Position numbers and translations under genes: made by a program. This document shows, in pieces, positions 43,660 through 55,975 of a stretch of 64,000 bases of DNA. Source of the stretch: the human T2T-CHM13v2.0 reference genome, Homo sapiens; assembly GCF_009914755.1 (NCBI RefSeq), contig NC_060934.1. One strand, written 5' to 3'. The notes below the pieces were generated by a model. The model was given only the letters and a program-made list of their open reading frames with translations. It was not told the DNA's origin and did no database searches. Position 1 is the first letter of the stretch. Each line of letters opens with the position of its first letter.

Positions 43660-45070
43660 ATTTTGGTTAAAAACACATTAAAATGTACTATATTAACCAT
43701 TTTTAAGACTACAGTTAAGTAGTACTAAGTGCATTTACATTGTTGTGAAACATACCTCCAGAACCTTTTCATTTGCAAATCTGAAACTTCATACTCTAAA
43801 CAAAAACTCCCTTTTTTCTTCCCTCCCAAGAGCCTCTAGTAATTACCATTCTACTTTGTGTTTCTATGAATTTGACTACTTTGGATACCTCATAAAAGTG
43901 GAATTATACAGTATTTTCTTTCAGTGATTGGCTAATTTCACTTGACACAATGTCCTCAAAGTTTATACTTGTTTCAACATTAATCAGAATTCCTTTCCAT
44001 TTTGAGGTATATAATATTCTCTTGTATGAATATACTATATTTGGTTTATCCTTTCATCTGTGGAAGGTCATTTCAGTGACTTCTACCTCTGGCTATTCCA
44101 AATAACGCTTCTATAAATATACGTGTGTAACTATCTGTTTGAGATTCTGCTTTTAATTATTTTAGATATAGATCCAGAATTGGGACTGCAGGATCATATG
44201 AAAGTTCTCTTGTTAATTTTTGCGGAACCTGCATAATGTTTTCCATAGCAGGCCCACCATTTTATAATTTCACCAACATAATACAAGGGCTTTATATTTT
44301 CCACATTTTTGCCATCCTCCACTGTTTTCTAATTTTTATTTTATTGTAGTGATCCTAATGGGTGTGAGATGATAGCTCTTGGTGGTTTTAATGTGCACTT
44401 CTGATAGTGATGTTGAGCATCTTTCATACACTTGTTTATCGTATTTGGAGGAATTTCTACTCAAGTTCCTTTGCTCATTTTAAACAAGTATAAACTTTGA
44501 GGACATTGCATCAAATGAAATTAGCCAATCACTAAAAGAAAATTCTTTATAATTCCACTTTTATGAGGTAACTAAAGTAGTTATTTGATTTTCTGTTGTT
44601 GAGGTAGGTGTTCTTTATATACATAATTATTAATCCATTATTAGATATGATTTGCATATATTTTCTATTCCATATGTTGCCTTTTTTACTGTTAATTGTG
44701 TCCTTTGATGCATAAAAGTTATGTTTGATGTAGTCACGTTTATCAATTTTTGCAGTTGTTGCCCGTGCGTGTGGAGTCTTATCCAAAACATCATGTCCAC
44801 GTTCAATATCATAAAGAGTTTCCCCTACATTTTCTTCTAGGAGTTTTATAGTTTAAGGTCTCATGTTTAGTTTTTAAATTCATTTTAGGTTAATTTTTGT
44901 GTTTGGTGTAAGGTATCTTATTTTTCCTTACATGTGGATAGCCATTTTTCCCAACACTATCTGTGGAAGAGACTATCCTCTCTATCATTCCTTGAGTTTT
45001 TGTGGCACACTTATTGAAAATAATTTGACCATATATGCAAGGATTTAGTTCTGGGAACTCTATTCACTTC
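43660..45070 (-). mobile_element. L1MB-like 3'UTR + ORF2 C-terminus
   Basis: ctccagaaccttttcatttgcaaatctgaaac; tgatgttgagcatctttcat; ttttcttctaggagttttatagtt. Confidence 0.85.
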
Positions 45071-48056
45071 AAGGAGTTTATTCATTTCTTCTAGATTTTC
45101 TCATTTGCATGCAGTTGTTCATGGTATTCTCTGAGGCACTTTTATATTTCTGTGGGATCAGTTTTAATGTCATTTTTGTAATTTCTGATTGTACTTATTT
45201 GGATCTTCTCTTTTTTGGTAGTTTAACTAGCAGTCTATCACTCTTATTTGTTTTTTCAAAAACAACTCTTGGTTTCATTGATCTTTTGTGTGTATTTTTG
45301 CATTTCAGTTTCATTAACTTCTTTTCTAACATTAGTTTTATTTTTTTTCCTTCTACTAGCTTTGTGGTTGTTGTTGTTTTTTCCCTAGCCCCTTTTTGTG
45401 CAAAGTTAGATTGTTAATTTGAGATCTTTCTAACTTCTTGATGAAAGCATTTAGGGCTATAAAATTTTCTCTTACCACTGCTTTGGTGTTTCCCAGAGAT
45501 TTTGGTAAGTTGTGTCCCTATTTTTATTAATTCCAAGTAACTTTTTTATTTCTTCCTTAATTTCAGTGTTCACCCAGGCATTATTCAGGGTCTAGTTGTT
45601 TAATTTCCATGTATTTGTGTAGTTTTAATAGATCTTGATATTGATTTCTATTTTTATTACACTGTGGCCTGAGAGTGTGCTTGGTGTGATTTAAATTTCT
45701 TTAAATTTATTGAGGCTTGCTTTATGACTGGTATGTGGTCGATCTTACAGCATGAAGCATGTGCAGAAAGAATGTCTATTCTGTGTTTGTTGGGTGGAGT
45801 GTTCTGTAGAGGTCTATGAGGTCCAATTAGTCAAGTGTCTAGTTTAAGTTCAGAGTTTCTTTGTTAGTTTTCTGCCTTGATGATCTGTCCAACTCTGTCA
45901 GTGGGGTGTTGATTCTCCTACTATTATTGTGGGGTTCTCTAAGTCTTTTTGTAGGCTCAGAAGAAATTGTTTTTTTAAGTCTTGGTGCTTCCATATTGGT
46001 TATGTATATATTTAGGATAGTTAAGGCTTCTTGTTGAATTTTAATCTTCATTATTATGTAATGCCCTTCATTATCCTTCTTAATTTTTATTGGTTTAAAA
46101 TTTGTTTTATCTGATACAAGAATAGTGACTCCTGCTCATTTTTGTTTTCCATTTGCATGATAAATTTTTCTCCACTCATTTACTTTAAACCTATGGATCA
46201 TTACATGCGAGATGAGTCTCTTGAAGTCAACAGATGCTTAGGTCTTGTCTTTTTGTACAGGCTGCCACTCTTCATCTTTTAAGTGGTCATTTAGCCCCCT
46301 TACATTCCAGGTTAGTATTGGTATGTATAATTTTGATCATGTCAATGTGTTGTTAGCTGGTTGTTATGTATACTTCATTGTGTAGTTGCTTTACAGTGTC
46401 TGTGGGCTGTGTGCTTAAGTGTGTTTTTGTGGTAACATATGTGGTAACACCATTCTTTTGGTTCAATCTTTAGTGCTCCCTTAAGGACCTCTTGCAAAGC
46501 TAGTCTAATTCCCTCAGCATTTACTTGTCTGAAGAGGATTTTATTTCTTCTTCACTTACCAAGCTTAATTTGGTGGGATATAAAATTCTTGGTTGGAATT
46601 TCTTTAAGAACAGTGAAAACTGAAAATTGGTCCCCAATTTTGTCTGGCTTGTAAGGTTTCTCCTAAGATATCTGCTGCTAGAGTGATGGGGTTCCCTCTG
46701 TAAGTGACCTGCCCCTTCTCTCTAGCTGTCTTTAAGATTTTTTCTTTTGCATTGGCCTTGGTGAATCTGATGATTGTGTGCCTGGGAAATGGTTGTCTTG
46801 TAGCATCTAGCTGGGGTTCTCTATATTTCTTAGATTTATATATCAACCTTTCTAGAAAGATTTGGGAAATTTTTGTGGATTATATACTCAAACATAATTT
46901 CTACATCGCTTATTTTCTCTCCTCTCTGAGGAATGCCAGTGAGTCATAGATTTGGTCTCTTTACATAATTCCATATTTCTAGAGGTTTTGTTAATTTTTC
47001 TTAATTATTTTTCTTTACTTTTGTCTGATGCTTAAGAGCAATGGCTAGTAGTTAGGTTAATACCTGGCTGCATTGCTTTTATATACTTCCTTGGGGTTTG
47101 CAGGCATGCTCTTCATTGCAGGGGGACGGAGATGGTCTCCTTTCCAGTTCCACTCCTGGGTCTTGGGGAAACCCCCTCTGATTGCTGGTGCTGCACCCAC
47201 ATTTCTTTTTCTTAGGTGCAGTGGCTGCGGCAGGAGATGTGTCACACTTTTTCTGGGCCAACCCTGTGGAGGAAGACACATCCCATTCCCACTCCAGCCC
47301 AGTAACATATGTGTTTCATCCCTCTCAGTGCTTTGAGGGTGGGGGCTTCTTTCTCTCTTGAGTGACAACCACAGATCTCAGCTCTGCACTCCTGAACAGC
47401 ATGCTGCAGCCCTAGGGACACTGGGATATCTTGCAGCTTGGATTGAGGTTCCAGCTGCACTCGGGGAACAGATGTGCTCCTGGGTCACCAGAAAAGTACT
47501 CAGGTACAGCAACACACACAGGTTGGGCTGTGGGGGTTGTGCTGTGCACTGCTTCTGCATGGCAGCTAGGCATGGACCATGGGAATGTCCAGTGGGCAGG
47601 GGGGCTTGGAGAGCAGATCTGTCCCAATCCCATGGGGAAGCTGGCCCCTCCACCAGAGCTGCCCAGTATACAAAAGCTCCTGAGCTTCATGCCATCCAAA
47701 GGCCTGTTTCTGCCTGCTCCCTGAGATCCCCCTGCACATGGAGGATGCAGGGTCCCCTGTAGCTAGGAACCCAGAGGTCTGCAGTGAGAGTGAGTTATCT
47801 CTCAGCTTCCTCCCTCACCCCTTTCTTAGAAGCTATTTGGGGCTGGGAAATAGCCCTGGCCTTCAGACACCTTGAGCAGGGTTCCCAGCTTCCTTCCTCT
47901 GCAGTCTTGACTTTAGTCTTCAACATTGCCTCTCCATCCACTCTGAGCATTTTCTCTTCAAAGATCTGTCCAAACCATAGCAATTTACCAATAATTTGGA
48001 CTCTCTCCATGGGAGCTGTGCTTCCTGACTGCATCTAGTCAGCAGCCTTGTCCCTT
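45070..48056 (-). mobile_element. 5' half of an L1PB/L1P4-type element (5'UTR, partial ORF1, EN region); 3' half missing
   Basis: ORF 46604-46846 (PRHTIIRFTK..KEKILKTAREKGQVTYRGNPI) is ORF1p-like; ORF 45839-46051 is EN-like; 5' terminus similar to that at 33131. Confidence 0.85.
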
Positions 48057-48059
48057 CTT

Positions 48060-49056
48060 TGGCTTTTCTCTAATCTTTATTAGTTCCTTCTTTCTGTTAG
48101 CTTGGAGTTTAGTTTGTTCTATTTTTTTATTTTCTGAGGTATAATGTTAGGTTATTTGAGATATTTCTTCTTTTTAATGTACATATTTACAGCTATAAAC
48201 TTCCTTCTTAGCACTGCTTTCTCTGCACCCCATAAGATTTGGTATGTTGTGTTTTTATTTTTATTTGCCTCAAGATGTTTTCTAATTCCCCTTGTGACTT
48301 CTTCTTTGGTTGTTTTGATAAAATGTTTAGTTTTCATATACGTGTGAGTTTTTTCATTTTCCTTGTGCTATTGATTTCTAATTTCATTCTATTATGATTA
48401 AAAAATATACTTTGTATGATTTCAGTCTTCTTAAATTTGCTAAGACTTGCTTTGTGGTCTATCCTGGAGAATGTTGCATGAGCACTTGAGAAGAATTCAT
48501 AATCTGCTGGTGAGTGATGTGTGGTGGTGTTCCGTATAGGGATCGGTTAGGTCCAATTGTCTATGGTGTTGTTCTAGTCCTCTATTTCCTTATTGATTTT
48601 CTGTCTAGTCATTCTATTCAGTTTGAAAAGGGGTAGAGAAGTCTCCTATTATGATTGTTTTGCTATTTCTTCTTTTGATTCTGTTGAAATTTGCCTCTTA
48701 TATTTAGCAGCCCTTAGGTTTTGTGCATATATATTTATAATTGTTAGCGTTTCTGGGTAAATTGAACATTTTATTATTATATAGTATTCTTCTTTGTCTC
48801 TTGGAATGGTTTTTGATTTAAAGTCTCTTTTCTTATGCATAAATATAGTCACTTCTGCATACTTTCACTTATTATTTTCATGTACTATCTTTTCCCATCC
48901 TCTCACTTTCAGCCTATGAGTGCTCTTAGATCTAAGGTGAGCTTCTTGTAAACAGTGTATAGTTGGATCCTGTTTTGTTCTGCTTTATTTTCATTCAGCT
49001 AATCTTTTACTGGGGAGTTTAATCCATTTACATTTAAAGTAATTACTGATAAGGAC
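48060..49056 (-). mobile_element. L1M ORF2 N-terminal (EN) fragment
   Basis: ORFs 48152-48337 (TTYQILWGAEKAVLRRKFIA) and 48649-48852 (LTIINIYAQN). Confidence 0.85.
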
Positions 49057-50925
49057 TGATATGGTTTGGCTGTGTCCCTGTCAAAATCTCATCTTGAACT
49101 GCAGTTCCCATAATTCCTATGTGTAGTGGTAGGGACCTGGCAGGAGGCAATTGAATCATAGAGGCAGGTCTTTCCCATGCTGTTCTCTTGATAGTGAATA
49201 AGTCTCACAACATCTCATGGTTTTATAAAGGGGAGTTCACCTGTACACGATCTGTTACCTGCTGCCATGTAAGATGTGACTTTGCTCCTCCTTCAGCCTT
49301 CTGCCATGATTGTGAGGCCTCCCCAGCCATGTGGAACTGTGAGACCCTTAAGCTTCTTTCCTTGATAAATTTTCCAGTCTCAGGTATGTCTTTTTTTGCC
49401 ACATGAGAACAGACTAATACAGTAAACTGTTAACTGGTAGTGGGGTGCTGCTGTAGAGATACCCAAAAATGTGGAAATGACTTTGGAACTAGGTAACAGG
49501 CAGAGGTTGGAACAGTTTGGAGGGCTCAGAAGACAGAAAGATGTGGGAAAGTTTGGAACTTTCCAGAGACTTGTTGAATGGCTTTGACCAAAATGCTGAT
49601 AATTATATGGACAATAAAGTCCAGGCTGAGGAGAGGAGGAACTTTTTAGAAACTGGAACACAGGTGACTCTTGCTGTGCTTTAGCAAAGAGACTGGCAGC
49701 TTTTTGACCCTGTGCTAGAGATATGTGGAATTTTGAACTTCAGAGACATGATTTGGGATATCTGGTGGAAGAAATTTCTAAGAGGCAAAGCATTCAAGAG
49801 GAAGCAGAGCATCAAAGTTTGGACAATTTGCAGCCTGATAATGCAATAGAAACAACAACAACAAAAACACATTGTCTGGGGAGAAATTCAAGCCTGCTGC
49901 AAAATTTTGCTTAAGTAATGAGGAGCCCAATGTTTATCACCAAGACAATGGGGAAAATGTCACCAGGGCATGTCAGAGACCTTCTCAGCAGCCCCTCTCA
50001 TCACAGGACTCAGGCCTAGGAGGGTTTCCTAGGCTGAGTCCAGGGCCCCCCTGCTGTGTGCAGCTAGGGATTTGGTGTCCTGCATTGCAGCTTCTCTAGC
50101 TGTGGCTAAGAGGGGCCAAGGTACAGCTTAGGCCATGGCTTCAGAGGGTTCAAGCCCCAAGCCTTGGCAGCTTTCATGTGGTGTTGAGCCTGTGGTACAC
50201 AGAAGAATTGAGGTGTGGGAACCTCCAACTAGATTTCAAAGGATTTATGGAAATGCCTGGATGTCTAGACAGAAGTTTGCTGCAGGGGTGGGGGCCCTCA
50301 TGGAAAACGTCTGCTAGGGCAGTGTGGAAGGGAAATATGGGGTTGGAGGCATCCCACAGAGTCTCCACTGGGATAATGCCTAGTCGAGCTGTGAGAAGGG
50401 GGCCACCATCCTGTAGATCTGAGAATGGTAGATTCACTGACAGGTTGCACTGTGCACTTAGGAAAGCTGCAGACACTCAACGCCAGCCCACAAAAGCAGC
50501 CAAGAGGGGCTGTACTCTGCAAAGCCACAGGAATGGAGCTGCCCCAGACTATGGGAACCCACTTCTTGCATCAGCATGACCCCTATGTGAGACATGGAAT
50601 CAAAGGAGATCACTTTGGAGCTTTATGATTTGAGTGCCCCACTGGATTTCAGACTTGCATGGGGCCCATAGCCCCTTCATTCTGGCCAATTTCTCCCATT
50701 TGGAACAGCTGTATTTACCCAATGCCTGTATCCCCATTGTATCTAGGAAGATTGACTTGCTTATGATTTTACAGGCTCATAGGCAGAAGGGACTTGTCTT
50801 GTTTCAGATGAGACTTTGGACTATGGACTCTGAGTTAATGCTGAAATGAGTTAAGGCTTTGGGGGACTGTTGGGAAGGGACGATTTGTTCTGAAATGCAG
50901 GACATGAGTTTTGAGAGGGTTCCAG
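49057..50925 (+). mobile_element. THE1 (C/D-like): 5' LTR 49057-49421 plus internal region; no 3' LTR
   Basis: tgatatggtttggctgtgtccc...agactaataca, then THE1-int (gactttggaactaggtaacaggcagaggttgg ... gggggactgttgggaagg). Confidence 0.93.
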
Positions 50926-52743
50926 TTAACTATATAAAAATAAAAATGTTCTAATGTCATTATTAAATAGCGTGCTAAAATGTAAAAGTGTGAATTCATT
51001 TCTCATGGGTAGCTGAGGTCACAGTAGCATGTGGAATATGATTTCACTTATTCCAATGGCATCTTGATGAAATTCAAAGCATGAAACTCATTCTTGGTAA
51101 CATTTTTTAATGGTAAAATTGAGGCACAGAAATGAAGGGAAAATGTGGCCCAAATTACATAGCAATTATATAATTTGTGTTAGTATTGAATCTAGTCTTT
51201 TAGTCAAGGATATAGAAATGAATTATTACTGATCAAAGATGAATCCTGAGTTAGCCATACATGAACATACACCATAGTCACAAATTGCCATTCTTTAGCT
51301 AAGAATGAATAAATGGTATTTTTACAATAAAGAAATCCATGTAAAAACATGATAGATTTTTTTAAATCTTTACTAGTAGTCATAGAAAAACACAATCAAA
51401 TAATATTCTTTTGGCCTGTCAAAATTCTAAAATGTGTATGGGTGTATGTCTGTGTCTGCTAATAAGTATTGTTGTTCATAGAGAAGGGGGAGACACATTT
51501 ATCAGTATGTTTCAAAGGCCAAAATTATTAATGCCCCTTAACCCAAAAATTCTGCATGTAATAATTTACTTTATATGTGTAATTATAAATACCCCAAAAT
51601 ATTTATAGACATTCTGAATTATGAAAATCTCAAAATAAACTGAAATTCCAGTAAGAGGGCATTGGCAAACTGGATGTCAGTATGTAAGAATGATGAATCA
51701 TAATATTAGTCATTAAAAATCAAGTTTAAAAGGATAATTGTGAGGTAATATAGTCACAAGGCATTGAAAAAGAAAGCAGGTTACATAACAGATGTTGAAT
51801 GATACAATTTTATAAATACATGAACGTTATTTAGGATTCTTAGTTTTATTTTCTAAAACCCGTTGACAGGCATGGGGAGTGGAAGGTGAGGATAAGAATT
51901 ATTAAGTACCACCTACTCTGCACTGAATTTTAACACAGGTATATTTAACACTAAGTCATGAAAAAAAATTATATTTCTTGGATATTCTTCTAGCTGAGGT
52001 GCTCATATTAATAAAACTCCCTTTTCTCTAGTATTTTATTTCATGAGGCAATAGCATCCATCAGATAATGTAAAGTATAAATATTTAGTGTGCCTCCTTC
52101 TAGGCTATGAATACAGTACTTGGAAGATATAATATTGGGAGATGTAGCAAGTGCACACAATTAAGGAGTGCACACAGGCTCACTACAACTCTTTTAGAAC
52201 TTTGTGATTTCCTGATCTCTTTCTTTGTGATGGTAAATTTCCCCAAACTTTTCCCTAGACATTTCCTCAAGATCAAGCAAGGTAAGTTACAAATTATATC
52301 ATCCTTAATTGTAAGTAATTTACATTTATAATTATAAGTAATTTACATTTATAACTTGATTGTTTTATTTTACTAATATCAGTGTTAGAAGTTTTCTACT
52401 GTGTTCTACATTTGTGTACCATTTTTACTTTCTCTCTATGACCTAAATCACTGCGTGAGAATTTTAAAGCCTGAAGCCCCAACAACCATTATCCAAATGG
52501 CCATACTAATAAGTACCAATCATTTTGTTCTCATAACTTTAACATCCCCCTAATAACAAACATACAGAGGACATATACAGAAGAATTTCAAACAGACTAA
52601 CAAATAAAAATGGTGAGCAACGTAAAGATTCTGCATACTAAGCTATATATTCCATTCTGAGCACAAGATAACAACATTTTACTAATAAAATAATAAATTT
52701 ATGATGCATGGAAGGTAACTACGGCAACATCACAGCTGAAAGC

Positions 52744-52945
52744 GCTCAAGCAATCCACCCAATTCAACCTCCCAAGTAGCTGGCACCACAGGCATGCACT
52801 ACCACACCCAGCTAATTTTTGTATGTTTTTGTAGATGCAGGGCTTCATCATGTTGCTCAGGCTGGTCTCAAACTCTTGGGCTCAAGTGATCCTCTCTCCT
52901 TGGCATCGCAAAGTGTTGGGATTACAGACAGGAGCCACCACACTT
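52744..52945 (-). mobile_element. Partial AluJ lacking its 3' end and tail
   Basis: ctcaagcaatcc...ggtctcaaactcttgggctcaagtgatcc...gggattacag. Confidence 0.85.
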
Positions 52946-53805
52946 ATTTGTTCTTACCCTCCAAATAGTCAGAATTTAATCAAATATTATGAGACACAGC
53001 AAAAGGCTAAGAAACAAAACAAAACTTTACCAGGAGATAAAGCAATTCACAGAACCAGCCTCAAAGATGACTTATATGCTATGACTATCAGATGGAAATC
53101 TTAAAATGATTGATTGACATGTTAAAGGTCATGGAGAAATGGTGTACAACACACGTTTCAACAGGAACATGAAAATTTCAATAGAGTCCAAGTGAAATAA
53201 AATAAATTTTAAAAATATCAGAAATGAATAGATATTTCAATGAACTCATCTTCAAACTCTATAATCAGCAAAATTGAAGATAAATAAATATATGTAACCC
53301 AGTCCAAAACTGAAAGAGAAAAAAATAAAAAATAAATTAACAGATTTCTTAAGAACTGTGGGACAACATCAAAGGTCTAACACACGTATAATTGGAATCA
53401 TAAAACAAGAAGAGAGAAAACCAAAAAAAGAAGTATTGATTAGATCATCTACAACAATTTACAAAATTTAATTAATTTTCAAAAATATAATAAAGTACAG
53501 ACCAAGAAGTCTTGAGAACTCCAAGAAAAATTGATACAAACAAAATGGGACATACACCTAGAGGCCTAATAGTCAAAGTGATAAAAACAGATATAAAAAC
53601 GTAAATCTTAGAGACATCTGAGGAAAACAAGAAATATTACACATAGAGAACAAAAAAAATGGGTGCCTGTATTAATTGAATCTTTTTCAGAAGCATAAGT
53701 CCATTTTTTTATAAACGTCTTTAAAAGATAACTAACTACTTAAAACCAAAACAATAATAATGTGTTGTGGGATATACAGCAAGCAAAGGTAAAATGTCTG
53801 AAAAA

Positions 53806-54140
<335 letters not shown>

Positions 54141-54305
54141 CTAATCAAGACAGTGTGGTATTGACAGTGGGATGACACCTACATAAGTGGAATACAGTAC
54201 AAAAAATAGACTTACACAAGTATGTCCAGCCGATTCTTCACAATAGTGCAAAACAAAGGAGGAAGGATTTTCTTTTCAACAAATGGTGTTGGAGTAATTG
54301 GCCAT

Positions 54306-54672
54306 TATATCACGGTTCAACCAGAGAAAAAGGACCAGGTGCAAGTAATTGAAGGGACAGCTAAGCAATTCTGAAATTCATGGCACAGTCAGGAAAGGAA
54401 AGGAAAATCATAAACAGAATAGAACTTCATGGGCACTGGCCAAAGCTGTTTTCCATGGATGGAATTTCTTTCTCTCGGTAAGATGCCCACTGTGTAACAG
54501 CTTCCAGCTGATGCAGGAAGGAACACCGAGATTATCGATAATCTCTCATACTTAAAGTCAACTAATTAGAAGCTCTGTGTCTGAAAAGTCCTATTACAAC
54601 AGCACCAAGATTAGTGTTTGAATAACTGAGGGTGTAGCATAGCCACGTTCACACATCAGAAGGGCTATCACA
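54306..54672 (-). mobile_element. MLT2 (ERVL) solo LTR
   Basis: ggttcaaccagag ... tagccacgttcacacatc..ctatcaca; 5-bp TSD-like GCCAT/GACAT. Confidence 0.7.
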
Positions 54673-54958
54673 GACATCCTTAGGCAAAAGAAATAAACTT
54701 CTCATATCATACATAAAAATTAACCCAAAATGGATTACAGTCTTAAATTTAAAACATAAAACTATCAAAAGTTTGGAAAAAAAATAAGAGAACAACTTTG
54801 GACCTATGACTAGGCAAAAGAGTTGATACCAAAAACATAATCTATAAAGAAAAAGTTAATAAATTGGAGCTCCATAAGATTTAAAATATTTGCTTTATGT
54901 AATCCCATGAAGAAAATGAAAAAGCTACTGACAAGAAAAAAAGTATGAAATAATCTGA

Positions 54959-55470
54959 TTGTTTCAGATATTTATTGCTGCACAACAAACCTCACCAAAT
55001 TTAGTGGCTTAGAAGAAAATGTATCAGTTTTTACAATTGAGTAATTTGGGAGGAGTCGAGCTGTGCAGTTCTATGCCATGGGGTATATAGGAGGCCTAGA
55101 TCATTTAACATATTTTATTTAAAAGTCTGGCAATTCATCTGGTGTTGTGTAAAGAGCTGGGACTGTTTAGTCTCTTTCTTGCATGTGTGTGTGTGTGTGT
55201 GTGTGCGCGCGCGCGTACCCTTTGTGGATAATTTGGACTTATTCGAAGCAGGGTACTTTTAGGGTAGTTACACACATCAATTAACATCCAAAATTAAACA
55301 TTTCAAAAGCAATAGTCTAGAGTGTGACTCTCATAAAGCCCCTGTTAGTCTCATACTTACTAATGCCCCATTAGCCAAAGGAGGAGCCATTTGACACAGG
55401 AGAAGTCCAATAAGAACACGTGCTGGGAGGCCTGGTTTATTCTGGGTCACTAACTTAACAGTCTATCACA
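54959..55470 (-). mobile_element. MLT1 LTR containing a (TG)n(CG)n microsatellite
   Basis: tattgctgcacaacaaac..caaatttagtggctta ... cagtctatcaca. Confidence 0.65.
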
Positions 55471-55769
55471 TCATACATTCACTCAGGTATCTATTAAGAA
55501 TGTTAAGAACACCCTATGAGATATTTCAATACTGTACGGGAGGGGAAGTAATCCCTAAAACCCATCCCAAATAACAGCTTTGGTAATATTTCAGGAATAA
55601 AGTTTCTCCTGCCTTCTTTTCTGAAAACAAGTAATGTTGAGTTATATGAAAAAGAAATCTACAAAAGGTAAACACTTCTGCTTTCCTGTTAAATCTTGCA
55701 TTGGAAAGGGCTCAAAGCAGCAAAGTGAATATCCATTTTTGTGTACCTCGACCTGGAGCTTTGCATCCA

Positions 55770-55975
55770 GGAGCTATAGCATGATATATAATAAGAGTAT
55801 TAGGTTTAGAGTCATACAACCTGGGTTTTTTTCACTGGTGAGCTGCATAATTTTGAGCGGTTACGTAATCTGAGTCTCAGCTTACTCATCAAAAAATGGA
55901 ATTATGTTACCTTTCTGTATTTCTTCTCACAAACGCTGGCAAAACACTTATAGAAAGGAAAATTGTGAATAAATG
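55770..55975 (+). mobile_element. MIR
   Basis: tttagagtcatacaacctgggtt...ctgagtctcagcttactcatc. Confidence 0.6.

Noticed and set aside
47057-48038. Cluster of 66-134 aa ORFs
   Set aside because: Inside the second L1 5'UTR; same compositional artefact.
49188-50849. ORFs in THE1
   Set aside because: Short fragments of decayed MaLR LTR/internal sequence with no intact reading frame.
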